DNA of 64,000 nt from Psammoneis japonica (lineage: Eukaryota): the NCBI GenBank assembly GCA_008632985.1, contig QPGO01000057.1, forward strand, positions 124,001-188,000, in the 5' to 3' direction. The notes beneath the pieces are model-generated. The model saw only the letters and a list, made by a program, of their open reading frames with translations. It was not told the DNA's origin and did not search any database. A program made the translations under genes and the position numbers. Position 1 is the first letter of the stretch; every line of letters starts with the position of its first letter. Below are positions 13,261 through 27,279 of this stretch, piece after piece.

Positions 13261-14376
13261 AAGAAGAAGGGTTGGGAAAAGTGCCAAACAGTGTGCACAA
13301 TCAGACCAACTTGAAGCCACTGAACAAACACCCACTGAAATCTCTGCTGTGCCTGTTGCAAATAATTTGACATGCTTGGAGCTCAGAAATGTCACACAAC
13401 AATGGCAAACACTTTGGATGGCTGTTCAAACAGCTTTGCGCCATTTGTTTCTGAGTGCCAAAAACACAAAAAATGTTGCAGCCACTCAATCACATCAACC
13501 AAGTCACTTGCCTGGCTTGCAGCCACTGAAAAGTCAGTGCCACAATGCTGTGGTGCAGCAAGACAACATTTTGCAACACGAGCTCATCTTTCTTGCTGCA
13601 AATTGTTGCTCTCTCAGTGCCGCCATTTCTGCATGATGTTTTGCGGCTCTTTTTGCAAGTCACTGCCAGAGCAGACTGCATTGTCAGCATGGTTTGGCAA
13701 ATGGCCCTGTCATTGTGAGAACAATGGCTGAAAAGCATTCAGCCACACCACTTTCTGTTTTAGCTCATTTTCTGCTTCTTCTGTTGATTGCCAAATGGCA
13801 ACCATTTTTTTTTTCACCAGTGCACACCACTGTGAGGCTTTTTTGAAGTGCACCCAAGTGCTTGAAAATGACTTTGTCAAAAGGTGAGGAAGATCTGTCC
13901 CTCTTCTGAGAAATGATGAGACATGGAGCAACAGATGTGCTGCACCACCAGCTTTCCAAATGCCAAACCATCAAGCTGACAGCTTGTGCCCTCTCTCAGA
14001 CTTGGCAGCAGTTTGTCTGCCCAAAGTCAATTTCATGCCTTCCAATCACATGGCACTGCTTCTCTTGAGTTGTGGCTCTTGTGCATCTTGGGATGCAGCA
14101 GTGTGTTTTTAATGGCTTTGATGGTTGGGCACACTGCTGGAACAACTTGTTCGTGGTGACTCTTGTGCATAACAGAAGCTCAACTTGGAACTCAGTTGAG
14201 GTGCCTGTGGAGAGGCTTCTGCAAGAGGTGTGTTTGTGCACTTGATTCATTTCATGGCATTTTCGGTTCCTTTGGAAATGTGCTCTTGTTGTCTGATGTG
14301 ATTTGCACATCAAAATCACTTGGAAGCAGGCACCAGAAAAACTGTTGTTTGGCAAGAACCAAGAATTTTGTGCTCC

Positions 14377-14403
14377 CTGCTGCTGCTGCTGCTGCTGCTG
14401 CTG
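14377..14403. repeat. (CTG)n microsatellite
   Basis: About nine CTG units. Confidence 0.9.
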
Positions 14404-15593
14404 TTCCTCCTCCTCCATTTGAAGCTCCAGCAACTCCTCCTCAGCAGTCTTTGTGCACAACAACAACTTTGACAAGGGTGTGAAACCCTTCTGAGCCAAT
14501 CAAATGATCATCAACAAGCAAAGCTGGGATGATCTTAGCAGCAAGTTTGCACTTTAAAAATTGGACACAAAAGGGCTGCATCATCATGCCCCGCACTTTG
14601 CATGCTGTGATGACACAGACACACAGGATTCTGAAAAATCCCCAGAAAATGATGCAATTGAGGACAGCACGTGCATGCTTTGGTGTGCCACGACACATCT
14701 GCGTGCCATGCATGCAGACAGAATGATTCTTGCACTGCCAGGAATGATTTGGGTGTTGGCAGGGGCAACAGTCAAGTTTTGGTGCAATTTCCACCACCCT
14801 CTTGAACGGAAAAAATTCATTTCACAATGAAGCGCTGCTGCGGGGGGGCACAAAAACTCAGGAATCACCAATGTTGCTGTTCCGCCAGTTCATTAGCTCA
14901 AAGGGGGAACCCCACCACACACTTTTGCAAATGATTTCTCTCTCATTGTTGCGCACCACCATCGCCGTTGAGCAGAAAACACTCTTTGTCAATGCCAAAA
15001 ATGATGTGTTGTTTGAGTGTGACTTGCAGCCAAAGTAAAAAGAGGCGCTGCAGATGGCAACCAAGATTGCAGAATTTGCTTGCAATTCTCTGCAGCACCA
15101 GCATCATGCCACCATGGCCGGGTGCTTCTGCCACATGGTGGCTGGTGCCAAGAGCAAGGAGATGTCTCTCTTTGACCTGCTGCCCCTCAAACAAAAGAAA
15201 AAAACTGTTGCAGCACTTGACATTGTTCTTGAGATTTCTCACCTGCCTCCTGGACACGACCAGGCACCAGCGCCCAGTCTCTCTCTCGCACCTTGAACCT
15301 GAACTGCTGCAATTTTTCTTTGAAAATACACCCGCAAAACAGGCTGGCACAAACTTCAAACTCAACCGCCCCACCCTGCCTGCCTGCCGTGGCCTCCACC
15401 ACAGGCTCAGACATTCAACTCTGTGCTTTCCAGATGCAAGTACAGAGCTCAGACAAACGGGCGGAACATGCACCGACCCCAAAACGCACGCAACACGCAA
15501 CCAACCCGCATCATTCACTTCTCAAGGAGAAGCGATGTGCCGGTCAGAAGATGAGAGTTGCAATAGATGATGGCAGTGCAAGGCCACTGTGAC

Positions 15594-17080
15594 ATGACAT
15601 ACAGAAGATCTCGTCTTGATAATGAAAAGAAGAAATCCAACTTGAATCAAGTTGTGGCTGGTGATTCTGACAGGCGGGTCGTCAAAAGCAGATCAAAACT
15701 TACGTCTCGCTCGAGAAAGATCTTCTTGTTTCTCCTTCTTGTTCCGGTTATAACGTTATGGGGACTCAATCTTATGGTAATGGATCCGGAAAGCTCGCCA
15801 GACGCGTCGTCACAACGTCATAAAATCTGTCGTCGAACGTGGTATGGGAGATGGAAGTGCAGAGACTGTGGAAGTGACGGAAAAAGTTGTCGCGTTCTGT
15901 CTCCCAAGGGATTGTGCCCTCCGTTTTATAGACAAGAATGGGATTCCCCGCCCAGACGTTCCAGCTTGTACAATCCAGCATCGAATACCGAGGTGTCTCA
16001 TAGCCTGGTTACCTCTTATGGAGTGCGAAAGAAGATCCGGCGTACCTATGACTTAGCATCCTGTTCAGTAGCGATTCCCTCGTGCTTCAATTTGACAAAA
16101 TGCCATCATTTGATTGATAATTCACAAAGTTTGCTAAGGGTATATGCAGGAACAAGAACGAATCATCCAAAGCACAGAGTACGTGAATCGGGCTGCAAAA
16201 AAGGATGTGATAGTGCGAGTTTACGATCCGTCGGAGGCTTGCTTGATTGTCATCACGAACGACCTGTATGAGACACCACAGTCACTGTCGACGAGAGAAA
16301 CGTGGAACGACGGGCAGAATCATTTGTTTGGGATGTTCAAGGCGATGCTCCATTCAAGAAAGTTGGAACTTTTGGAATGGCCGCAACATCTTGCGGTGCA
16401 TTCACAAACGCGCAAATTCGATTGGGCTATGACATGTCTATTGCGTTGCGGTCAAAATGGAAAAGACCGACTCAGTACAGTGACTTGGATATCCATCGTC
16501 CACGGCGTCTTCTACTTAGTTTCAAAGGCAGTGTTATGGACTCATTTATGCCATACTATCAGCATCGGTGGCTTGCGGCAGAGTACTGGGACACGACTGA
16601 CCGTGATGTTGTCGTGGACGTGCAATGCAAGTATCGTGGATTGTTAGGGGGGCACTCAATCGATTCTACTTCCCGAAGCATTATGATGATAGTGATCCTG
16701 CATCATATGGAGAACTTCTGTTGAACTCGACATTTGGCTTTGCTCCTGGAGGAAGCGGAGCCTCATCCTTTCGATTTACCGAAATCCTCTCCGCAGATGG
16801 GATTCCTGTTGTTCTGCCGGAAATGGTACCACCCTTTTCCCCAGAGATTGATTGGTCCGACTGCGTGGTTCGAATCAGCGAAGAACGTATCGTCGATCTG
16901 CCTAGGATACTCCGTAAAATGCCTGCCAATGAAGTAAGGAAACGACAACGCGTTTGCTCAACCCTGTACAAGACCATCCTGCACGATGACGTCTACGGCC
17001 AGTTTGAGGTCGCCATGAAGATTTGGAAGATCCGAGTGAAGAATGCTTTACAGTTGAAATTAGAAACAAGCAAGATTTAG
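15594..17080 (+). CDS. Exostosin-family (GT47) glycosyltransferase
   Basis: N-terminal TM; WNDGQNH; LLLSFKGS; YGELLLNSTFGFAPGGSGASSFRFTEILSADGIPVV...PFSPEIDW. Needs about 3 frame corrections. Confidence 0.85.
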
Positions 17081-17335
17081 GAATTGCTGAGCCGGAAAGT
17101 CGATGCTGACTGCTAGTGAGGTGGGATGAGCCTGTGGATGTTCCGCCAAGCTCAGTTCATTCGATTTCTCTTCAACATTGGCAGTACTGTCTACAGATAA
17201 AGTATGGCAAGTGAATTGATTGTTCCGCGCCTGTCGCTAGAATGCTTCCGCACCTATCCTGTCGGCTGGCATTATGATTTTCATGGGACGAAAGATTGCG
17301 GCGTGGTGATGATCCAATCGAATTAATCCTGACGG

Positions 17336-17343
17336 TTTCGCGC
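17336..17343 (+). promoter_or_regulatory. E2F-like site TTTCGCGC upstream of MSH4
   Basis: Match to the TTTSSCGC consensus about 230 bp upstream of the likely start. Confidence 0.3.
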
Positions 17344-17568
17344 GGCGCTATGCGCGGGTTTGGGTCGCTGTATTAGCCTACACACAAGAGACGTATGTAC
17401 AACTGGCGTAGAATCAGTACCGCGCCACTCTCCCTCCAACACAGACATCGTTTTGATTGCACAACAAACAGCAAGCAACGACTTTGAGAGTCTTCAGTGT
17501 ATCGTCAAGCCTGCCGAGTCTCTGTCTTTATCGTACACTCTCGACAAGAGAGCACCACATCAATACCA

Positions 17569-20500
17569 ATGAATGCTACATGTAGCTGGAAAAACGCGAA
17601 GAAAAAGAACGCCCCCAAACGGAAGCGACAAAGTCGACCGCGCGGCAATGACGGGCTCGAGTCCAAAATTGTTCGAGCCGGCGGTAGAAGCGGTTTCGGT
17701 CTCGATGCATCATCCGATAATGAAGACGACGAGATAACAAGGCAAAAACGCCGGGGCTCTACGGAAACAGATCGACTGCTTGTCTAAGCGGTCCACGACG
17801 AATCCGGCTTTTCCCAACTCCGGCGACGCAGAAAAGCGATGCTTCTATGAAGCAAAACGACGGCTCCGTGCAAAGTCAGAGCAGATTGTCCCTGTCTTCG
17901 AAACCATCGAGTGTGAATCCGTACAAGACAGATCACAGTCGACGCTCTCGTTCTATCTCCGTCGCGCCGAGGCTTTCCTCAAATCCACGAAGAGTTCGCA
18001 CCACCCGAAGCCCCTCCGCTGTTCACATTGTTTGCGCCATTTCGGAAAACCTTGCGAGAGAGACCTGCGTCGCCTCGTTGGATGCAGGGTCGCCCGTGAA
18101 ACTCCACATCACAAAGCAAGCAAACGGTCAAACCTACGCCGAAACCCTCGCCTATCTCGAAGTTCTTCAACCTCACGAAGTCCTGCTGAACGAGGGACGT
18201 AGAAACTCGCAGCTTACAAACAAGATCTTGGAGCTTTACAACATCCCAAGTGGCCAAGAGAATGTGCTGACTTTTGATCGTAATCAGGGAAAGAAGGAGC
18301 AGGCCGCTAAAAAGGCTGCGGCGCGCAGGAAGCGGTTGTTTCCGAAAAGTACGTCTAGTGGAGACGTGGACGAGCTGACAGCTGATGGTTCCGAAAGGAA
18401 CACAGCAGGCCCGTGTGCCACATCTGTAGTTGTCAAGGTTGTCCCGCGCTCGTACTTCGACCAAACAAAGGGTGCAGAAACGATGCGCCGAGTTGCCCGC
18501 CAGGAGAACTTCGATTGGGCTCTCTTAGAGGAATACATTCTCTTGTCGTCATCTCATGCGGTTCTACAGTACACCAGCCTTTGCCTAGGAGCCAACTTCT
18601 CACCGTCGTGTCTCGAAGTGATAGTTAACACCGGCGGAGGCAATCGAATGACTATTGACCGTTCGTCGCTAGTGAATTTGGAATTGCTGGCAAACTCCAA
18701 GACAGGAAAAATCGCAAACTCTCTGATAGGTACCATTGATTGCACCAAGACGACGGTTGGAAGTCGACTGCTCCGCACTAACCTTATGGCTCCTCCGATT
18801 AGAACGGATACCATCAATGCACGTCTGGATCTGGTTGACGCATTGCTCGGGGACGAAGAATTCTTTTATGACGTGATGGGTCACCTCGAAGAACTCCCGG
18901 ATGTCGACAAGATGCTGACGAATATTGCGCTGGTCCCATGGAAGAAAGGCAGCAAAATTGGCTCCGAAGAGACCGAAGTTACCGCAAGGATTGCCAGTAA
19001 AGGTATTTCCGCCTTGGTATGCATCAAGAGTACGTTATCCGCCATTCCAGCCTTTGCGCAGGTCCTCGAAGACAAGCTGAGTTCCATGCAACTTGAAGAC
19101 GGTCCCGAGACTAGTACCGCAGCTGTGAATCAGCAACAGGAAGACTCTGCGTCACTGGGCAGTGCGTCAGACGCCGAAGCTAAACATGATTCATTCGATG
19201 CTACGAGCACGATTACGGGAGGAACCAGCTTGTTGATTGGTCTCGGCGGAGGTTCTCGCAACGAAACGCCGGATAGTTGTTTGATGGACCAGCATTTACT
19301 CAGAGCGATTGTCGCCACGATGAAGCAGCCAGCTCTAGCGGAAGTTCTGAATGCTGTTACAGACATATTCATGGAAAGCACGACATTTACACGAAATGCG
19401 CATGCAATGCGTCATCAAGAGTGCTTCGCATTGAAGCAGAACGAGGACGGCATGATGGATGTTGTACGCAAAGCGTTTCTCGCTAATGTCGATGACATTT
19501 ATCGTCTTGCGGATGAGTACGCTGAGACGCACGAAATGTCGGTGACAGTGAAAGAAACAACCAGTCGAGGCTACTACCTCGCCGTGCCAATAGATCTCGC
19601 TTCTGACTTACCAGCAATCTTCATCCAGCCAGTCAAGAGCGGCAGATTTGTATTCTGTACCACAGAGGAGGTAAGCTTGAAATCGAAGTCTCTATCCATA
19701 GCGCGAGCCGGTGGTTTCTCAACACCCTTTTCCCCGTGTCTTCCTCAGGTACATAGTCTCAATGCTAGGGCGCAAGAGAACATCGAAGATCTGCTGATTA
19801 TGACTCATAACAAGATCCAAGACGTTCTGGACGAAGCTAGATCGCGGTACGACGCACTTGCGTCGCTATCTGACGCCATAGCCCTGCTTGACATGTGCCA
19901 CTGTTTCGCAGATAATGTAGCAAGCAGTAGGCTCCCATGGTGCCGCCCGGTGGTGAGTGATGGTCCACCGGCGATTGACATCGAAAACCCTACCTTCGGA
20001 GTGAATAATGGCAACCCTCGCGCTGGTTCAGGCGGGGACATAGCCATTAGAAACGGACGATATGGGATCGACGTCAAAGGAACAGGTCTTATGGTGGTCG
20101 ATGAGAATTTCCCAGGGCTGGCAGGTGATTTCATTCCAAACGATACGTTTGCGTCGGAGATGAGAAGCTTCACCGTAATCACTGGAATCAATGGTAGTGG
20201 AAAGACCCTCTATCTGAAGCAAATTGCGATTAGCGTTGTACTTGCTCATTGTGGAAGCTATGTACCTGCGGAGGAAGCGCATATTCCGGTATGTACAAAT
20301 AGAGACGTCGACTTTCCGCACAACCAACTGGTACTCACAATTCATGCTGCTGCTCTTTGGATGGTACAACAGGTGAGGGACCGGTTATGCACCCGCATTG
20401 GTACAGCCGACGACCAAGGTAGGACAGACTGTGATTTTCGGCTTACAAGACAAACATCAGTCGCGTGACAACTCACCGTTTCTACTAATTCTCGCTTGCA

Positions 20501-21824
20501 CATGTGACTACAGAGCACAACATTTCTACGTTCATGCTGGAAATGAAGGAAACCGCGTTCATATGCAACAATGCCACTGACAAGTCTCTTATCTTGGTGG
20601 ATGAACTGGGCAGGGCTACGAGCAACGAAGACGGAGTTGCAATGACGTGGGCGGTATCGGAATTTCTTCTTGAGAAGCGCTCTATGACATTTTTCGTTAC
20701 CCACTACCCGCAGCTTTCGATGCTATCAAACGTTTATCACGCTGCGCAGAACCAGCACATGTCAGCCAAAATTTCAGGAAAAGACGAAACTGAAATTCAG
20801 TATTCTTTCAAGATTCTCCCCGGTCCCTGCGAAGCGGGTGGAGATTACGGCGTTGAAATGGCGGCCACTTGTGGTTGGCCAAACGATGCCATTGCTGAGG
20901 TACGTCAACCCAGAACCGTGTCTTTGCGCATTCGAAATTCGTACTGGAGTAAGTATCGCTTTGACCTCCTCTCACTAACTTGTTCGCGCACCTCTCCGAT
21001 AAGGCGAGGGAATTAAGAAAGGAGATAGATCAGAATCGCCCGGATGGTTCATTATGTCATGTTGAGCCAGGTAGCGGTGCCGATCTTTATCGCAGTAGAT
21101 GGAGAGCGGGGGAAGTTCTCCATGTTCTTTTTAGTCGCCTGATGACACTTCAGAAAAGTGGGAAGGGCCTTAGCGCCGACGCCACAAGGAGTTACTTGCA
21201 GGATCTGAGGAATAGGCTTGTTCCGGATTCAGACGCCGAACTCATCGACAACATCAAAAGCATCCTAAACGATGAACCACTGCCGCCGATCCATCTGCCG
21301 ACGGACACTCATCTTTCTCGGACGCTCAATCAGGCAGAACTTCCTGAGGGCCGCTCATTTGATATGCAGCTTTCTCAGATGGCGAACGATACTGCACTGG
21401 TTGTCGATGCTGCTCGTTCGAGAAGGCCGCACCGACACCCAGGCCGCCAGGGCACGAGCCCAAGGCGGCGCCTATTCACTCCAAAGGCATGGAACGAAAC
21501 CGAAGAGCAAAGGAATACCAAACTCCTAGTTCCGCGTTCCTAAATCCTTATGTTCGGGGTGCCAACGCCGAGCGAAATGGGACACGTTATGATCGAACTG
21601 GCAAGTTCGCAAAACGTCGCGAAACTCCTAGCTCGGCATTCTTAACGAAGAATGGTACTGGCACGCATGATGAATCGCGATCGAGCAACCGCGACCACTA
21701 CGCAGACGACGCCAGTTCAATTTCATCATCTTCAGATGATTCAACTTCATCGCAAGACGACAGTGACTCTTATAGTTCTAGCACAAACAGTGATTCGACT
21801 ATCTCCACAAAACCTTCTACGTAA
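17569..21824 (+). CDS. MSH4: MutS homolog 4 (meiotic), multi-exon
   Basis: IDRSSLVNLELL, TTVGSRLLRTNLMAP, ITGINGSGKTLYLKQIA, NISTFMLEMKETAFICNNATDKSLILVDELGRATSNEDG, FVTHYPQL. No N-terminal mismatch-binding domain seen. Introns near 19671, 20289, 20419 and 20900. Confidence 0.88.
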
Positions 21825-21983
21825 CCGGAAACCTGAGGATCAGGGTCCGAATCGGACTGGCCAGTCATTCGTGCATCATGGTCTGCTGTTGGTGCATGGC
21901 AGTGTTGACGCGGATCACTTCTAGCTTTCTAACGTCTATAGCCACTGCAATGTATTTCGGATCTCGTGATGATAACAGACGAC

Positions 21984-23312
21984 CTATGAGCAATATTTGT
22001 CGAGCCCCTCCAGCAGTCGATGAATGTCACGATGCGTAGTGTCGACGAATGGTGATATCCGAAAAGCTCCGCATCTAACTGCAATATATATGCCATCCTT
22101 TTCCAAGTTGCCTGCAATACGAATCATGTCTTGAGGGGTGATGGGATTTGATTTGCCAGGTCGAATTCCAATAATATGGTGTGCATGCGAGTCAGTCGTC
22201 ATTGTAAAACCATTCTTTTCTGCCCAGTTTATGATCGGATTCGTCAATTCCTTGAGATGCTCCTGCACGTCGGCTATTCTCGTTTCGAGCACAAGTGTTA
22301 ATCCTGAACAAATCATGGATAACAAGATGGGATTCGGCTTGCCACCGCTGTCAAATTTGAGAGCATCTTTGACGTATTCGCTTGGATACCCCTTAGGCCC
22401 GATCTCATTTTGCTTAGAATCCCAGCTTGACGGATGATCAACGACGACTTGACGTGATCGTCCATGCTGATCCAATGGATCCCACAAGTCATAAATATCG
22501 GGAGACACGTAGACCAGGGAAGCACCGATAGGACCGCGCAGCCATTTGTGAACACTAGCAGCAAGTAATGCGGGGCGAATTCTCGATACATCCAAATCCA
22601 TTATTCCTGCAGCTTGTGTGCCATCGACAACCAAACATATTTCATGTAAACGGCATTTTGCGCTAATCTGCTGCAAATCAATAATAGATCCATCTGACCA
22701 GTGTACTGGCGGAAGACTGTTTCGTACCCCAAGTTTAACAAGATTGAGAGGAGCGAACAAATTGACCTCAGGTTGGTGCGAAAGCTGAGTACATGCGAAG
22801 GACAGTCGGTAGCAGTTGAATTCTTACCACGCCACCAGCACCGACCCATCGATCCTCTCCAATACTGCCTCAGTCCAATTTCCTTCCATTGGATACGGTA
22901 CTACACGCAAGGATAAGTTTTCTTCTTCTTCGCATAATCTCTGCCACGGATAAACGGCCGAGCACATTTGATCTTGTAACAACAGCACGTGGCGACGTTG
23001 TTCTTGTTGTTTGAGCAGTCTCTGAATGTTTACGGCTGCAAGCGTCATGGCAAACGCTGTACTAGGCATTATTGCGATATTTGTCGAGTCTGCATGAATC
23101 AATGATGCAAACAACTCCCTAACGGTTGCTTGATCTTGGTGGCTCCTCTGCTTCCACGGAGGGCATCGAATTGCTTCGTTTCCAGCGTTCTGCACCGCCG
23201 GATGCACGGCATTTGGGAGGCATAGTTCAAATATGTCACATCTTCAGCATCATCCGGCTAGAAACAGTACTCCAGGCCAAGTTGTCGCCAATAAGGAGGC
23301 TGTCTTCACCAT
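21984..23312 (-). CDS. Class-V PLP-dependent aminotransferase / cysteine-desulfurase-like protein
   Basis: YLNYAS, IAIMPSTAFAM, VVDGTQAAG, ASVHKWLRGPIG (PLP lysine), RISP. Intron at about 22726-22827. Start uncertain. Confidence 0.85.
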
Positions 23313-23534
23313 GGTCGCGCTGCAAACTTTCCCAGGAGAAAAAATGATACGGTAGGTGCCATGTGACGTATTGCGATTGCATGACGGCGATGGGCGGTCG
23401 ATTCTGCGAGCCAGAGTCGCGCGAAAATGAGAACCCCTTGTCAATCATACGATGAGATCATGTAAATACATGCGTATGTAGAAAGTCAGTAATCATCTAC
23501 GAAGAATCGAAAAGAAGGAAAGAGGTGCTCAACA

Positions 23535-24697
23535 ATGGCGAGAGGAGCGAATAAGACGAACAAAAACAACGAAGGTGCGACCGATGTGCAACTTTGAGAG
23601 GGCTTCACAATGACAATGACTAAAGCCCAATGAACATGATGCGAGAGAATCAACACGTCGGATGGAAAGGACGTCCGACTCAGAGAATAGCAAGGAAACG
23701 AAATCAAAGCCCGCTTGTTGATTTGATCGAGAACGACATCGAAAAGTTCCAGAGGCAGGTAGAAGAACCCCATGTTGCACAAGCTATTGGGAACTTCTTG
23801 AGAGCGTTGATTCTTGGTCTTGGAAGTATGGTGGTATCGTGTCGCATCGATGACGAGAACAAGATTCGTGTGACTTTGCCATGTGCAGTGATAGGAAACG
23901 TTGCGACACGCTCACGCCTTCCCGTCGAGTGGCTTTTACAGAAAAAGTTCGAGTTGTGGGTTGAAGACGATACGAAACTTTGTCTGAGTGGGATAACGGT
24001 AGTGCCCATTGAAGGTGCACTTGACGCATTTAGGATTCTCCGACCGAGGTTTGTCAAGGCCGGTGCCAAGACCGTTGATGAGAAGAGTGCAGTTGCTTGG
24101 GAATGGTGGGACTCGGATGGTGGTCGAGAGGCGTTTCGAAATACAAAAATGTGGCGCATAATTGAATCGCTAACGGGGCTTGGGTATGGAAATATCGTAC
24201 CCACCTACACAAAAGCGTCCATGGTACTCGGATGTTCGTTAGGCATAAGGCAGGATCTCACATCACTCCACTATCGTTTTCACGCGAAAGAACGCGCTGT
24301 GGATGTGGTGGGTACATTGAAGACACTCGACTCAGATTCATCTAGTCCAGATTTTGACGGCAGCGAGAAAGAGAAAGAAGCCATTGGACGTACAATGTTC
24401 ACCGAGTATGCCAAGTCGGCAACGAGACGAGTCGTTGCAAACAGGTTCGGCAGATCTTCGTGGAACTATGGAGCCCTCTTTTGCGAGCTCGAAAATGAGT
24501 TGGCAGCATCGCCTGTTTCGGTTGAAAAAATGTTTAGTGTAGCTAGAAACTATGGTGGTGCTAAAAAGCACGATGTTCTGCAGGGAAGGGCAAGCTCGTG
24601 GCAGCAACACGACGAGACGTATCAAATGACTGGGAAAGACGGTCGAGTTGTGTGGAGACCAATGTCGGAATGCCTCCCTAAGCGATCCAAGCATTAA
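23535..24697 (+). CDS. Hypothetical protein
   Basis: ORF of at least 355 codons with normal composition. Start uncertain. Confidence 0.6.
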
Positions 24698-24751
24698 GAT
24701 TACGTAGGATGCATTGATATCGTTTCTGCATATATGATATCCAGTGCACCT

Positions 24752-25660
24752 CTAATAAAGCGAAACTAAAGCGGGGTCCATCGCGTTGAGGGATGTGTCT
24801 AGAACATTTGCTCGGACACTAGCCGCTCGTAACTCTGTGCCTCCCCATGAGCTGACTGCGTCGCTGTACTGGTTCATAAAAGGTGAGTATGTTGCTATTT
24901 CCAATTGTTTCTTTGTCTTTGATTGCACGTTCCTTGCCTTTCTTTTTGTTTCTTGTTGTTCTTCTGACTGCTGAAAAAATGGAATGAAGTCACGGTCTAC
25001 GTACATAGCCAACCGGGAAGAATCATCCATTGAACAGGAAGCGGTTACCCAGCAGCAATTTTTGGCAAGTGAAAAGGATTGCACTTCAAGCCTGGAAAAC
25101 TACAATGCAGAAAAGGTGGAACGACCAAAGAGACCAGGCTAGGCAACGCGTGTTGTGGGCTGCCGCTTGATCAGCCGCTCGTAACCCTGTGCCTCAGCAG
25201 AATCTGACTTTTATGTTCAACAATGGTGAGTTTTGCTGCTATTTTCAATGGCTTTGGCGTGAATTGCAGGTTCCTAACCTTTTTCTTGTCGTTGATCCGA
25301 ACGGAATTGCAAAGGTATTGAGTGGTCGACAGCTGCTATCCACGCTGTTCTCGGGTAGAGATAGCTTGAATACACTGTCGAATCTCCCTTGAATTAGAGA
25401 CGCCGAGTCCTATGTAGAAGTGGCCAACCGGGAAGAAGCAGAGTACCAGCAGAAGAAGCACAACGCGAGTACACAAACAAGATCGTATCTCGGCCTTCGA
25501 GAAACAAGCGGCTGCCCATATGGAATGCTTGAAACAGCATTCCCGGACAAAAGAGAGCATGTCGAACAACGTAAAAAGGGTTACCGGTAAGACTACGTAG
25601 AATGCATAGTTTCTGCATGTACGATAGGCAGTAGATACAATTGAGCAACAAATGCCAATC
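24752..25660 (-). other. Possible decayed or short hypothetical gene with an internal ~350-400 bp duplication
   Basis: AGCCGCTCGTAAC(T/C)CTGTGCCTC at about 24821 and 25173; GCCAACCGGGAAGAA at about 25008 and 25423. Confidence 0.35.
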
Positions 25661-25708
25661 ACCTCCAGAACTTTCCGAAACTAACCATATATGATGGCAG
25701 CAAATCGA

Positions 25709-27119
25709 TTATGCCTCCGATTTGCTTCTTGGTCGCCCCGTCGACGCGTTTGCCAAGAGGGCGCTTGCTTCTGTCACTTGAACGACGCTTGGTAACTGTC
25801 TACTAGTTGTCCTTGGCACAGCCCCGTAAACGATCCCAAAAAGTGGAATCGTAGCAAGCAACAAGGTTAAGTTTGGTCCAAAGTAATCGCCAGCTGCTTC
25901 CGCCCACTCAACCAGCGGTCCTTGCGAGAGTGACAGAGACTGACAACAACATTAGTCAGACCCAACAAGACACCATAATTGCGAAACCCGAATAGTTCAC
26001 CCGTTTGATGAAACACGGTCGAATACACTAGTTGTCGAGAGGTTGCCACTGACGAGAACACAATCAAAACTTGATAAAACGCCTGCTGCGGGAAGAATGT
26101 CAGAACAAGCCCATACAAAACGCCAACGGCATTGGCTAGCTGAAAGCAACGAATGGTTGATTTTGCCAATAGATATGCAACCAGTGGTAACACGACAAAG
26201 CCAAATGGCAACATGGCACCAAATATATTGATCAAGAGATTGGCCTGGTCCAGATCATCTGGCATTGCGTAATCCAACTGGTCGTTAATCGTCGCAACGA
26301 CAAAATTGAGCTTCAAAATGTGTACCGATACCCAAAGGGATAAACAATAGAATGCCGGGCGTTGAAGAACTTTCGACAAGGGAGCGTCTATCAAAGGCGA
26401 AGTTGTGTCATGCGAGGCAAGAGTACCTGGACTGAGAAAGGGCGATCCTGCGCCAACATAGGAATTTCGTCGCTTTCTCGGTGACGGATCTGGCAAAATG
26501 TCGTTTGGCCAGACGAAAAGAGCAGTCAAGAGTGTCAACATGGAATAATCAGGTATAACCGAAAAAAGAACTTGGAGGACATTTGCAAGACTTTAAACAT
26601 GAGCGAGTAAAGGGCAAACACCATGGTACCACCGTCAAATGCCCCCGCTTGAGCCGACATGAACAAAGCGGCTCCTCCACTCCCACCCTCTCGCGCTTCT
26701 CCAGGAAAGAGTCTTGCCATGTGCAGAGTAGGCAACTGAATTCCCGGACCTGCAAATCCCAATAAGGCAAAACCAGCGTCAAGACTATTTGCACTGCTCG
26801 CTGCGAAGGAACACAGTACCAAGCCCATCGCGAATAGGATGCTCGCAACTACACCGCAGCCATTGGGTCCAAACCGATCCAACAAGAGACCAAACGGTAA
26901 GGAAGAAAGGTAATTACCAATTGCACCATGAGTGAATACCCGAGCCAAGTCTCCCGGCGAAAGAGCAATACCTTCGGCTCGGAGAATTGGGAGCAGCGAA
27001 GCCCAGCCAAAGACGATGCCTGCTGTGAGAAGCGTATGGACGACACCAATTGATGCAAACAGCACCGGGTGACGACGAAGTCGAGCATGGTAAAAGTCTT
27101 CCTCGCTAACAATAGACAT
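25709..27119 (-). CDS. MFS transporter (SLC43/LAT3-like)
   Basis: AGIVFGWASLLPILRAEG, GLLLDRFGP, FGFRNYGVLLG and many TM helices. Two apparent frame slips (about 26540 and 25935). Confidence 0.8.
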
Positions 27120-27250
27120 GCCAGTATAGATACACGTGCGGTAGTTTCAAAGATGTAAACGAGGAACGAAGCTGTGCAGCTTGCTTCTTATGGTGCTGTT
27201 CAATGCGAAATGACAACTTGTGACGAAAAAGAACTCGTCGTTTTTCTCGG

Positions 27251-27279
27251 TTTCCCGCCAAAAAATGAGGCTGACGTCA
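27251..27279. promoter_or_regulatory. E2F-like TTTCCCGCC plus palindromic TGACGTCA in the divergent MFS/STRAP promoter
   Basis: Motif matches in a roughly 390-bp divergent intergenic region. Confidence 0.3.

Larger units (their letters stand above)
12200..15555. other. TpA/CpG-depleted domain C
   Basis: Roughly 17 TA in 3.3 kb by eye, mostly TTAA/TTAG/RTAA. Strong TG/CA excess. Confidence 0.85.
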
